From a virus, in IMG/VR virus record IMGVR_UViG_3300050821_005814, positions 1 to 64,000 of that record: a stretch of 64,000 nt of DNA. One strand, written 5' to 3'. The position numbers were made by a program, and so were the translations under genes. Shown piece by piece: positions 18,092-28,100 of this stretch (positions are counted from its first letter, which is position 1; every line of letters starts with the position of its first letter). A model generated the notes under the pieces. The model was given only the letters and a program-made list of their open reading frames with translations, had not been told where the DNA came from and did no database searches.

Positions 18092-21000
18092 TGATCCGCC
18101 GATGCAAGGTATTTAGCCCCACCATTAACCCTTGAAATCGACAGCAGGTAAGACGCTGCGGCATGGCCAGTCTGTGTACCCGTACCAGCCGATCCAGCTG
18201 TTATGGCTGTGCCGCCAGGCGTTGCTGCGACCTGGATGTTCGTGCCACTCAAGCCGGTCGCAATCACATAGTAGACCGTGCCTGATGTGAAGTTTGTCGG
18301 CAGACCGCCGCCTGCATTGGTGAAGTAGACAGGTTGCCCGACTGACAGCGTGTTCGTCCAGCCAATGTTGGCTGACGCATTGGTGAATGTCGCTGTCGCT
18401 GTGCTCTTGTCAGCCGATGGGATCGTATCACCCGTGTTCGTCCCCTCTGCATTGAACCCGGAGAACGTGATCGTGCCGAACCCGCCGCCGAGGTAGACAC
18501 GCACCAAGCAACTACCATCGCTCGTCGGCGCAGCAATCGTCGAAGCACCAGCATCGACCATCCACTGACCGGGATTCTTACCGCAGTCAATCGTTGTCGT
18601 GCCGGTCGTGACGGTGCCAATGGAGAACGCCGTCAGGTTGAAGCCGCCAGATAGTGTCTGGTCAGCAGTATTCAGCGTCGCCATGTTTGCGGTGCAGCCG
18701 ATACCAGTGCCTGACGTATAGATCAAGGCACTTGATGCCGTCGAGCAACTCGGCATAGCAAAGGCTGTCGGCGAGGCTGAACCACTCGTGGCATTAGCTA
18801 GTACAGTGTTCGCAGCAATCGCCACAAGACCACCGGCAGGCAAGCCAGTAGCATTCGTCAGCGTCAAGGCGCTTGGCGTACCTCCTGCGCCATTGAAGGT
18901 CACGAAAGCGCCAGCGCTACCAACGTTGACCGCCAATGCCGTAACGACACCTGTGCCCAGCGCATCGCACGCCATGACTGTCGTCGCCGAATTGACGATT
19001 GCGCAAGGTGCTGTTGCGCCTGAGATCGTCGTTGTGCCGGGCGTGATCGTTGACGCTGATGCTGTGATAGCGACGCTTGCAGCAGCAGTGATCAACCCTT
19101 TCGCATTGACTGTGAACTGCCCGACATGCGTCGCGTCACCAAAGCTACCAACGTTGGCATTGACAGTCGCAAGCGTTGTGACAAGCGCGCCGGCAGTCGT
19201 GATGTCACCGCTCAGGTCACCAGCCGTTGCAGCGCCAGTACCATCGAGGAACTTCATCAGCGCGCCGCTTGTGATCGTGCCAAACCCAGGAAAGCCCCAT
19301 GCACTGATCTGGCTCGTCGTCGTGTTGAAGTTGTAGCCGTAGAACCCGCCAGTATGTAGGGATGTGCTAAGCGGCAGACCATTGACTGTCTGACTGTTGT
19401 TTGCAATCGTCAGCGTCGTCGCATTCTGGTCCGTGATAAATGCAGTCTGACCAGATGCAAGCGTCGCCAGCGTCGCTGTGATGCTTGAGCCGTTGTAGTC
19501 GTCTTCACCGCCAAGATTCGCTGTCGTCGCGCTGGTCGTGTGCGTCGTCGCTGCGGATGTCAGCAACGTTGAGGCGACAACACCGCACGACAGCACAGTC
19601 GTTGAAGGGTTCTGCAACACGCAAGGCGATGTCGCACCGACAACGGTCGTTGTGCCTGGTGTGATCGTAGTAGCTGAACCGCCGCTTGCTGTCAGCACAC
19701 CTGCACTAATTGTGATCGTCGTACCATCGGGACGCGAGCAACCAATCACCGATGCCGTTGCTGTCGTGCAGCTCAACGTCCCGGCTGAATTCGTCAGCGT
19801 AGCGCCGATTGCTGTGACAGCCGTTGCAGTCCAATTGTTGGAGGTTACAGCAGCAACGCCGTTGATGAACAACCCTGTCGCATTAACGGTGCCAGCTCCC
19901 TGCGCCCCGCCTGTTGGCGACCCGACCGTAACCCCCGCCCCAGCGTCCGTGATCGTCGAGGCGGCTGCTGCACCGCTGCCATCGAGAAACTTCATGACAG
20001 CATTGGTCGTGATCGTGCCAAACCCGGGGAATCCATACGCATCCCACGACGTTCCGTTGAATGTGTATGAGTAGAACCCATTGGTATGCAGTGACGTTGA
20101 CAACGCCAGTCCATTGACGGTCACGCTGTTGTTCGCGATCGTCAGCACTGTCGCGTTCTGATTGGTAATCAACTGCGTTGCGTTAGCGACTGGCGACGCG
20201 GGACCTGTTGCTGTGATGCTGGTCCCATTGTAGTTGTCTTGCCCGCCAGGGTTGGCAACAGCAGCACTGACAGTATGCGTTGAATCCGTGACGAGCGACG
20301 CAAGCGTGCCGCCGCTAATGCTGAAGGCTGAGCTCAATGCAACGCACTGCATCACCGTCGTCGCTGAGTTCGCAATCAAGCAAGGAGCTGTTGCACCGCT
20401 GACTGTCGTTGTCCCTGGCGTGATTGTAGTCGCAGACCCGCCGCTTGCTGTGATGACGCCTCCCGACGCCGTGATCGTTGTGCCGTCTACCTTGACCAAC
20501 CCAAAGGTCGACGCAGACCCCAAGGCAACGGCGGGTGATGCATCAGACCGCATGAACGTTGTTGCGGTACCATTGTTGGCGGTCGATCCTGCAGTCGCTG
20601 TCGGATTTGCAGCAGCAGCAGTGCTGACAGCTGTGCCACCGACCTGCAAGCCTGTGCAATTCCAATTCGTTGTGCCAGTAGCGACCGTGCAAACACTTGT
20701 GCCGCTCTTGTTGAACACGCTGATGTCATTCGTTGAGCCTTGCCCAATCAATGCTAGCCCACCAGTTGTGCTCAGCAGGTAGACATCACCCTCGCCATTC
20801 GCAGCAAGCGTAGGTGTCGTGATGCCGCCTGCAAGACCAAGCGTGCCAGCCGCTTGCGTTGGTGCAGCGCCCGTGATCGCAAGCGTTGCGCCACTACCGA
20901 CGACCATAGCTGCTGCAGTATTGGTGCCGCTCGTGATTGAGCTAAACGCTGGCGCACCCCCGCTTGCGGCCAGGGGACCGACAGTCGCTCCCGCAATGCG

Positions 21001-24000
21001 CACAAACAACCCAGACGCTGTCGTCCACAGATCACCATTGACAGGGGCCGTTGGTGCTGCGCCTTGCGGTAGATTCAGCCCAGCCGTTCCAGTAGCGGAC
21101 GCGACAGTCGTCAATTCGCCAGTCATTGTGCACGCTGCGAGCGCGCAGTCTGCTGACGCATGGCCTGTCAACGCACCGGTGATCGTCGCTACTGTGAAGC
21201 TTGGCACCGTACCAGTGAATGTCGGCGTAGCAATGGATGGGCTCGTCGCCTCGACAATCGTTCCGCTAGAACCTGTCACAGTGTTACCAAGGACCGTGAC
21301 AGTACCACTCGTTGAGGGTAGCGTGATGGTCGGGGACGAGGCGCTGGATGTTGGCACAAGCGTTGTAACGCCGCCTCCCAACGTTGCAAACGTGATAGTG
21401 CCTGTGGCTGTACCAGAGATACCTATGCTAATGATCGACGTGCCATCGAAGTTGAAGCCTGGCGAACCGCTAAGTGCGCCGCTCCCATTGAACAGCACGT
21501 TGTGGTTGGAGCCTGCTATCGTCAGCGCAGTAGCGCCGTTGATGAACAATCCCGTCGCATTGAGCGTACCTGCGCCTTGCGCACCGCCAGTCGGGGATCC
21601 AATAGTAACGCCTGCGCCTGCATCGGTGATGGTGGACGCTGTCGCAGCACCGCTACCATCGGCAAACTTCATGAGCGCGTTCGTCGTGATCGTCCCGAAG
21701 CCCGGGAAGCCGTATGCATCCCATGAGGTCCCATTGGACGTGTAGACATAGAACCCATTGGTACGGAGCGTTGTCGACAAGGCGAGGCCGTTCACAGTCA
21801 CGCTGTTGTTAGCAATCGTCAACGCGGACGCATTCTGATTGACGATCAACTGCGTGCTGTTTGCTGGCGGCGCTGCCAGGCCGGTCGCTGTGATGCTTGA
21901 GCCGTTGTAGTTGTCCTGACCACCCGCATTCGCGACTGACGCACTGACGGTATGCGTCGTGTCTGGCACAAGCGATGCAAGCGCACCACCGCTCATTGAG
22001 AACGTTGTGCCAAGCGTGATGCACGCGGACGTTGAGCCAGTCGAATTTGCGAGCAAGCAAGGCGACAGTCCACCTGAGATCGTGGTCGTACCTGGCGTGA
22101 TGGATGTCGCTGATCCGCCAACGGCTGAAATGACGCCAGCCGATGCTGTGATTGTCGTACCATCGACTTTCACAACGCCAAACGTCGAAGCGCTACCCAG
22201 CGCAACAGCAGGAGCAGCGTCAGACCGCATGAACGTTGTTGCACTGCCGTTCACTGCTGCTGAACCAGCCGTTGCAGTCGGGTTGGCTGCAGTTGCTGTG
22301 CTGACTGCAACGCCTCCCACCTGCAAGCCTGTGCAATTGAAGGTCGTTGTACCCGTCGGAACAACGCACACGTTGCTGCCCGCTTTGTTCAGGAGGGTCA
22401 GGTCATTCGTTGACCCCTGCCCAATAAGCGCAAGGCCGCCTGTTGTCGACAGCAGGTAGACATCACCTTCACCATTCGCGGCGAGTGTTGGCGATGTTAC
22501 ATTGCCTGCAATACCAAGCGTCCCCGCAGCTTGCGTTGGCAACGCGCCTGTATGCGAAACGGCACCACTGAAAATTGACGTCCCGCTGTACGTGTTGTTA
22601 CCATTTAGCAGCGGGACTGTAGCGCCGCTTGTACCGATGATGGAGAAGGTCAGCAAACCTGACGCTGCGTTGACAGCATTGGCCATAGCTGTGATCACGC
22701 TCGCGCTGATCGCATCGCAAGCCATGACCGTCGTGGCTGAGTTCACAATCGCGCAAGGTGCCGTTGCACCGGTGATCGTTGTCGTACCGGGAATGATCGT
22801 TGTCGCTGATCCGCCGCTTGCGCTGATCACGCCTGCTGATGCAGTGATCGTCGTACCATCGACCTTGACCAACCCGAACTGGCTAGCACTGCCAAGCTGG
22901 ATAGCAGGCGCGGCATCGGACCGCATGAATGTCGTAGCAACGCCATTGACCGCCGTGTTGCTCGCCGTTGCGCTAGGATTCGCGCCTGCGGGAGCGGCTG
23001 CTGGCGTTTGCCAATTAGCTGCGGTCCCGCTCGTCGCTGTCAGAACCTGCCCGGCACCAGGAGCCGTCGCCCCATTGACAACGATTGTCGTTGTCGCGGA
23101 GTTCAGCGCATTTGCTGTCGTCGCGATCCCCGCAGTCAAGCTCGCAGCCGTTCCAGTCGCATTTGTCAGCACGATTGAGCTTGGCGTGCCGCCTGCCCCA
23201 TTGAAGGTGACAAATGCGCCTGCATTCCCAACTGCAACTGCCAGCGCTGTCGCGACGTTTGCCCCCAAGCCTGTGAGCCCGCCCAACGCCATTGAGGCTG
23301 CTGTGATGGATGTGTTGCAGCTAAAGCCTGTGCCGCTTGTCCAGTTGAGCGCGCTGCCCGCAGTACTGCACGATGGGACTGCCAAGCCGCTTGGCGTTGT
23401 CGCAGTCAATGCACCGAGGAGCTGGTTCGCTGCGAGCGCTGGAAGCTGGCTGTAGGTCAAGCCTGTCAAGCCGCTGCCATTGCCATTGATCGCAAGGAGC
23501 GTTGCTGCGCCAGCGGGGAATGTGATCGCACCGCCGCCCGTTGCCGGCGCATGCAACACGACCTGTCCACTTGTCGACCCATTGAGCGCAAGCGAGCCAT
23601 CGTTATGCGCTTGCGTACCAGCCCACGTGTTGTTGCCGTTGAGCACGGGAACAAGCGCACCGCTTGTGCCAATGATGCTGAACGTCAGCAGTCCGCTTGC
23701 CGCATTGACTGCATTCGCCATGGCCGTGATGACGCCTGCATTGATTGCGTCGCAGACCATCGTTGTGCCAGCGCTATTAACGATTGCGCAGGGCGGCGTG
23801 CCTCCGCCAATCGTTGTCGTACCTGGGACAATGGATGTCGCTGAGCCGCCCACCGCTGTGATCACGCCGCCAGTAATGGTGATCGTCGCCCCGTCAGGAC
23901 GCACGCAACCCAATTGCCCTGTCGTCGCTGTCGTGCAGGAGATCACGCCTGCTGCATTGCTGATGGTCGACCCATCAGTCTCAACGAGACCGAACTGAAT

Positions 24001-24621
24001 GGCGCTAGCCTTCTGAATGGCTGGTGCACCGTCTGACCGCATATAGGTCGTGGCTGTGCCATTGATTGCAGTCGGTCCGGCCGTTGCCGTCGGGTTGGCT
24101 GCTGTCGGTGCCGTTGCAGGCGTCTGCCAGGTTGCTGCTGTGCTGCTCGTAGCCGTCAACACCTGCCCTGGACTGGGGGCTGTTGCAGCGCTGACGTTCA
24201 CGATGGTCGTCGCTGAGTTCAGCGCATTCGTTGACGTTGAAACGAGGTTGCCGGTGATGTTGGGACTGGGGATTGTCAACCCAGATGGCAAGGTCGTTGA
24301 AATCGTCGGGGCGCCTGACCCATTCGTCACCAGCACGCCATTGTTGGCAGTCGCTAGGTTAGCGACAACGCCAGCAAGGTTGTATAGCAGCCCATTGGTC
24401 GCACCGCCGCTGATCGTCGTTGTGCCGATGATGATTGCAGAGCTCCCGCTGCTCGAGCACGTCGGGCAGGAGATCTTGCGCAAGCCATACCCGGGGCCTG
24501 ATGGCGTCACGACTATCGGCGCGACGCCAACGATGTCAGGCGGTGGGGGGTTGGCTGCTACTGCGTTGTGCGCAATGACCAGCGCAAGCAGTATGGTAGC
24601 AATGGCTACAATGCGGCGCAT
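18088..24621 (-). CDS. Giant repetitive fibre/adhesin-like protein (2177 aa) with signal peptide
   Basis: MRRIVAIATILLALVIAHNAVA|; T/A/G/S-rich, nearly uncharged; several internal repeat families. Confidence 0.75.
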   Translation of the reverse strand: MRRIVAIATILLALVIAHNAVAANPPPPDIVGVAPIVVTPSGPGYGLRKISCPTCSSSGSSAIIIGTTTISGGATNGLLYNLAGVVANLATANNGVLVTNGSGAPTISTTLPSGLTIPSPNITGNLVSTSTNALNSATTIVNVSAATAPSPGQVLTATSSTAATWQTPATAPTAANPTATAGPTAINGTATTYMRSDGAPAIQKASAIQFGLVETDGSTISNAAGVISCTTATTGQLGCVRPDGATITITGGVITAVGGSATSIVPGTTTIGGGTPPCAIVNSAGTTMVCDAINAGVITAMANAVNAASGLLTFSIIGTSGALVPVLNGNNTWAGTQAHNDGSLALNGSTSGQVVLHAPATGGGAITFPAGAATLLAINGNGSGLTGLTYSQLPALAANQLLGALTATTPSGLAVPSCSTAGSALNWTSGTGFSCNTSITAASMALGGLTGLGANVATALAVAVGNAGAFVTFNGAGGTPSSIVLTNATGTAASLTAGIATTANALNSATTTIVVNGATAPGAGQVLTATSGTAANWQTPAAAPAGANPSATASNTAVNGVATTFMRSDAAPAIQLGSASQFGLVKVDGTTITASAGVISASGGSATTIIPGTTTITGATAPCAIVNSATTVMACDAISASVITAMANAVNAASGLLTFSIIGTSGATVPLLNGNNTYSGTSIFSGAVSHTGALPTQAAGTLGIAGNVTSPTLAANGEGDVYLLSTTGGLALIGQGSTNDLTLLNKAGSNVCVVPTGTTTFNCTGLQVGGVAVSTATAANPTATAGSAAVNGSATTFMRSDAAPAVALGSASTFGVVKVDGTTITASAGVISAVGGSATSITPGTTTISGGLSPCLLANSTGSTSACITLGTTFSMSGGALASLVPDTTHTVSASVANAGGQDNYNGSSITATGLAAPPANSTQLIVNQNASALTIANNSVTVNGLALSTTLRTNGFYVYTSNGTSWDAYGFPGFGTITTNALMKFADGSGAATASTITDAGAGVTIGSPTGGAQGAGTLNATGLFINGATALTIAGSNHNVLFNGSGALSGSPGFNFDGTSIISIGISGTATGTITFATLGGGVTTLVPTSSASSPTITLPSTSGTVTVLGNTVTGSSGTIVEATSPSIATPTFTGTVPSFTVATITGALTGHASADCALAACTMTGELTTVASATGTAGLNLPQGAAPTAPVNGDLWTTASGLFVRIAGATVGPLAASGGAPAFSSITSGTNTAAAMVVGSGATLAITGAAPTQAAGTLGLAGGITTPTLAANGEGDVYLLSTTGGLALIGQGSTNDISVFNKSGTSVCTVATGTTNWNCTGLQVGGTAVSTAAAANPTATAGSTANNGTATTFMRSDASPAVALGSASTFGLVKVDGTTITASGGVITASGGSATTITPGTTTVSGATAPCLIANSATTVMQCVALSSAFSISGGTLASLVTDSTHTVSAAVANPGGQDNYNGTSITATGPASPVANATQLITNQNATVLTIANNSVTVNGLALSTSLHTNGFYSYTFNGTSWDAYGFPGFGTITTNAVMKFLDGSGAAAASTITDAGAGVTVGSPTGGAQGAGTVNATGLFINGVAAVTSNNWTATAVTAIGATLTNSAGTLSCTTATASVIGCSRPDGTTITISAGVLTASGGSATTITPGTTTVVGATSPCVLQNPSTTVLSCGVVASTLLTSAATTHTTSATTANLGGEDDYNGSSITATLATLASGQTAFITDQNATTLTIANNSQTVNGLPLSTSLHTGGFYGYNFNTTTSQISAWGFPGFGTITSGALMKFLDGTGAATAGDLSGDITTAGALVTTLATVNANVGSFGDATHVGQFTVNAKGLITAAASVAITASASTITPGTTTISGATAPCAIVNSATTVMACDALGTGVVTALAVNVGSAGAFVTFNGAGGTPSALTLTNATGLPAGGLVAIAANTVLANATSGSASPTAFAMPSCSTASSALIYTSGTGIGCTANMATLNTADQTLSGGFNLTAFSIGTVTTGTTTIDCGKNPGQWMVDAGASTIAAPTSDGSCLVRVYLGGGFGTITFSGFNAEGTNTGDTIPSADKSTATATFTNASANIGWTNTLSVGQPVYFTNAGGGLPTNFTSGTVYYVIATGLSGTNIQVAATPGGTAITAGSAGTGTQTGHAAASYLLSISRVNGGAKYLASADQ

Positions 24622-24626
24622 GTAAA

Positions 24627-25106
24627 TTAGCCTCCGATTGCGGAGATCTGAGCGGTACCGTTGTCGCAGATGGCGTTGATGACGGCTCCCGGTGCTGGCG
24701 GGGGGTCGACAGTGAACGAACCACCACCTGGATAGATCGGCGCACCGACACCTACCTGCGCAGCACTACCATCGACGGTGATCCACACGGTTCCCGGCGG
24801 ATCACCAGCCCCAGGGGACGTTGAAGTCGTTGTATTGAATATGGTCACAAGACGCGTGATCACGCCAGCAGCAACGATAGCGGTCGTCACGCCGCCAACT
24901 GTCGTTGCCTCCAGTATGGAGCCTTGCGGCAGGTAGGCGAGCGTGCCGTGCGATGTCGGTAGCGGGTTGGTCGGACCGACTGGCGCGCCATTGACGCGCT
25001 GCGCTGTCTGAAACGCAAGGTTACCGCTACTGTCTGCGACTGCTTGGAATGGACGCTCGTCTCCAAGGCCATCGATGACTTGAACCGTTGTGGTTGTATC
25101 AGCCAT
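24627..25106 (-). CDS. Hypothetical small structural protein (no signal peptide)
   Basis: 159 aa; GAGG RBS; PVGPTNPLP motif common in phage structural genes. Confidence 0.6.
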   Translation of the reverse strand: MADTTTTVQVIDGLGDERPFQAVADSSGNLAFQTAQRVNGAPVGPTNPLPTSHGTLAYLPQGSILEATTVGGVTTAIVAAGVITRLVTIFNTTTSTSPGAGDPPGTVWITVDGSAAQVGVGAPIYPGGGSFTVDPPPAPGAVINAICDNGTAQISAIGG

Positions 25107-25128
25107 GATGCAAACACCTCATATGAAT

Positions 25129-28100
25129 TTAGATTTGCGAGCTGCGCGTCATGGTGCAGCGTCCGCCAATATCCCATGTGTTCACGGTCGGCGTGATCTC
25201 GAGATCAATTGCGCCAAGCGTTGTGTCAGCAGCAGGTGCCGCAATGGAGATACGCCCGCCTGCACTCGATGTCGCGTAGTCCTGCGTCCATGATGTGGGG
25301 AGCCCTATGATTTGCGTTGTCGATGCTGTCGCACCCATCTGCGCACCAAATGCGACATGCCAACCAATCGCATCGCTACCACCGTGATTCAAGCTTGTAG
25401 CTGCGACAGTGCAGACAACGTTCACAGTCGAGTGCGGCGGGAAGTTAAGCGTGTTGCCTGCAATCTGCAGTGTGACCGTCGCGCCTGATCCCCCACCACC
25501 TGACACGGCTGCAGTCGCCTCTGCAACGCAACCCGTTCCTGGATTGTTGACGCCAATGTTGCCAAGCGTACCGCCAGCACCGAGATCACCATTGACGATG
25601 GCACCCGTGCAGCCAGTAACTGTGATCGTCGGTAACGACGTGTAGCCAGTACCGCCCAAAGGTCGGTAGACGTTATAGATGTAGGAGCTCGCTGCCTGCC
25701 CATTGCTTGTCAGGCGCGTGTTGCCCGTGATGCCTGTCGCCTGGATCGTGCAAGCGACTATATGCGGTGCGCGATAGTCACAATTGCTGAAGGTCGTCGA
25801 TGCGACATCAACAGCCGACCCAAGCGAGCTACCAGGGCCACCCTGCGACTGAATGATTGCGCCGAATGCATTGTTGGGGAACCCGCCATACTCCTGCCCC
25901 AAGCACATGATGCACTTGTAGCCTGTGACGACTACGCCCGACTGCTCCCCCCATACCAACCCAAGGTCTGGTCCCAAAGCACCGAGTGCAGCGTTTGGCG
26001 TTGAGCCGCCAATGTGAACGTATAGTCCTTGCGTGTTGCGCATGTAGGTGACGCCAGACACCGCAAGCAAGTCGTTCTCGTAGTTTGCGCAACCATGCAC
26101 AAACGATGTACCAGCTAACTCTTCGCAATAGGATCCATAGGTCGTGTGCGCTCCCTGGTAGACGGTTGCTGAACCGCCCTCATTGCTTTGGATCCAAATC
26201 GCCGTGTTGATCGCTTGGTCAATCCCAGGGTTGGTGTGCGTGCCAACTGCTGTCATGCTTTGCGAGCTAGCGCTGATTGACTGGCTTAGGTTGTAGGTGC
26301 CGTTCCCACCGGTGCCTGTACCAAATGACACGATCGTCAGCGGAACAGGTGCACCTGAATAGGTGATCGTCTGACCAATGAGGAGCGGTGACCCAGAGTA
26401 TGCGCTGACGGTCAAGAGACCGCTTGCTATGACGCCAGTAAACGTGCCGCGCGTCTGCGCATTGCCGAGGATGTTGACGAATGCATTGAGGCCAATGCGA
26501 TTGCCGACCGCGACCGAACCATTCGGCGCGATATCGTCCTCAAGGTTGAAGAGCTGCGGGGCGTTCGTTGAGGTCGACGTGAACGAATCGCTGATCCGCG
26601 CATTCCATGCGAATGCAGTGCCTGACGTGATCGATCCTGTCACAAAGCCTGTCTCGCTCAACCATGCGGTGGGATTGGCATTGGACAGCACAGCCCCATT
26701 TCCCGTACGCGCGATGGTCGGACCAGCCGCAATGTGCGCCCAGGTGCTCTCGCCAGCAAAGTTGGTTACCGCACTAGCGTTGCCGATGTTGGTCGCAGTC
26801 GCGCTGGTCGTGCCGACGCCAATGGCATTTGCAATTGCATAGGCAAAGTTTACCTGTGCGCCAGTGCCTGTGCCGCCAAGGAGCGTGACAGGATTGGTCG
26901 GCGCTGCGCTTGCGTAGTGACCAGGCGTGACGATTGTGTACCCAACGATCTGATTGCTGCCGTTCACTGAGATCGACAGTATCGTGCCTGTCGATGGGTC
27001 ATACAGGTGATCCGTCGATCGGTAGTTGGTCCCGGTGACACCGCTCGGTACTGTCGCAGCGTTGACCTCTCCCCCACCAACATCGATCGTCGCAGTCGAA
27101 CCGGACGTCGATATCTTCATAGACTGTACGAGGAGCTGCCCAAGGTTGCTGACCTTGAACCCGCCAGTCAAACGGAACGCTGAGTCCGTGAACTCAACGC
27201 CGGACAAGTCGATACCGCGGCCTGTCTGCGGATTCACATAGCTACCAAAGCCTGAGAACTGATCAGGCGCTCCCGGGTTGTACCCAAAGAGCGTGCCACC
27301 TGCAGTCGCTGCGAAGGTGTTTCCCCCGCCTACTGCGTACACAAGGTTGAAAGGAGCAGTGCCTCCCGTAACGGAGATAGCTTGGTCTATTTCGTTCCCT
27401 TGCAAGTTGCCGTACCCGACGACATGCAGACCATAGCGCGTCGCAGCCGATGCGCCTGTGTAAATGCCGACGTCAATCTCGCGCCCCGCGCATCCGGACA
27501 AGTTGGTAGCGCCAGCGAAGCACCACATCTGGTCGCCGCCAGCATATACGAAGCCGGCTGACGATCCGCCATTAGGTGCTGTGCCGCCTTGGTTAGCTGA
27601 GATCGCAGTCGTCAAAACCTGCGCTTGCCACTGACGACCAGTATCGGATGTGCTGCCGATGAACGACTGAATGTTGAGCGATACGTTCTGCGCAGAGCGC
27701 GAACCGCTACCATTCAAGCTGACGTAGTTCCAAGTGCAGGTACCGTCGGCAATGCCAGTACCGGTGCCTGTAGGACCTGTGCCGCTGCTGCTTGATGTGC
27801 AGGAGGCAGCAGTCTCTGTGTAGTAATTCCCATTGGCTGCGCGATTGTTCCCCGTCACATAAGCCGTGCTCTGCTGCCAGGGTGCGCCGCCATATGCACC
27901 GCCGATCAAAAACCACGTCGCACCTTGCGATGCATTCGGGATAGCAGAGATGTCCTGATTGATGACTATCTTGTTGGCTGCGATCGTGCCAGATGACACA
28001 GACCCCGCAAGATTAAGCGATTCGAGGAACCCATACTGCGTGCCGATACCAGCTTGCGTGCCAGAGAAGGTCAACGTCCCACCAACGCCTGCGTACAGCG

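Noticed and set aside
18088-24621. Repeats considered as CRISPR array or DGR template/variable repeats
   Set aside because: Repeats are in-frame coding modules with synonymous divergence; no spacer structure, no adenine-specific mismatch pattern noticed and no reverse transcriptase in the window.
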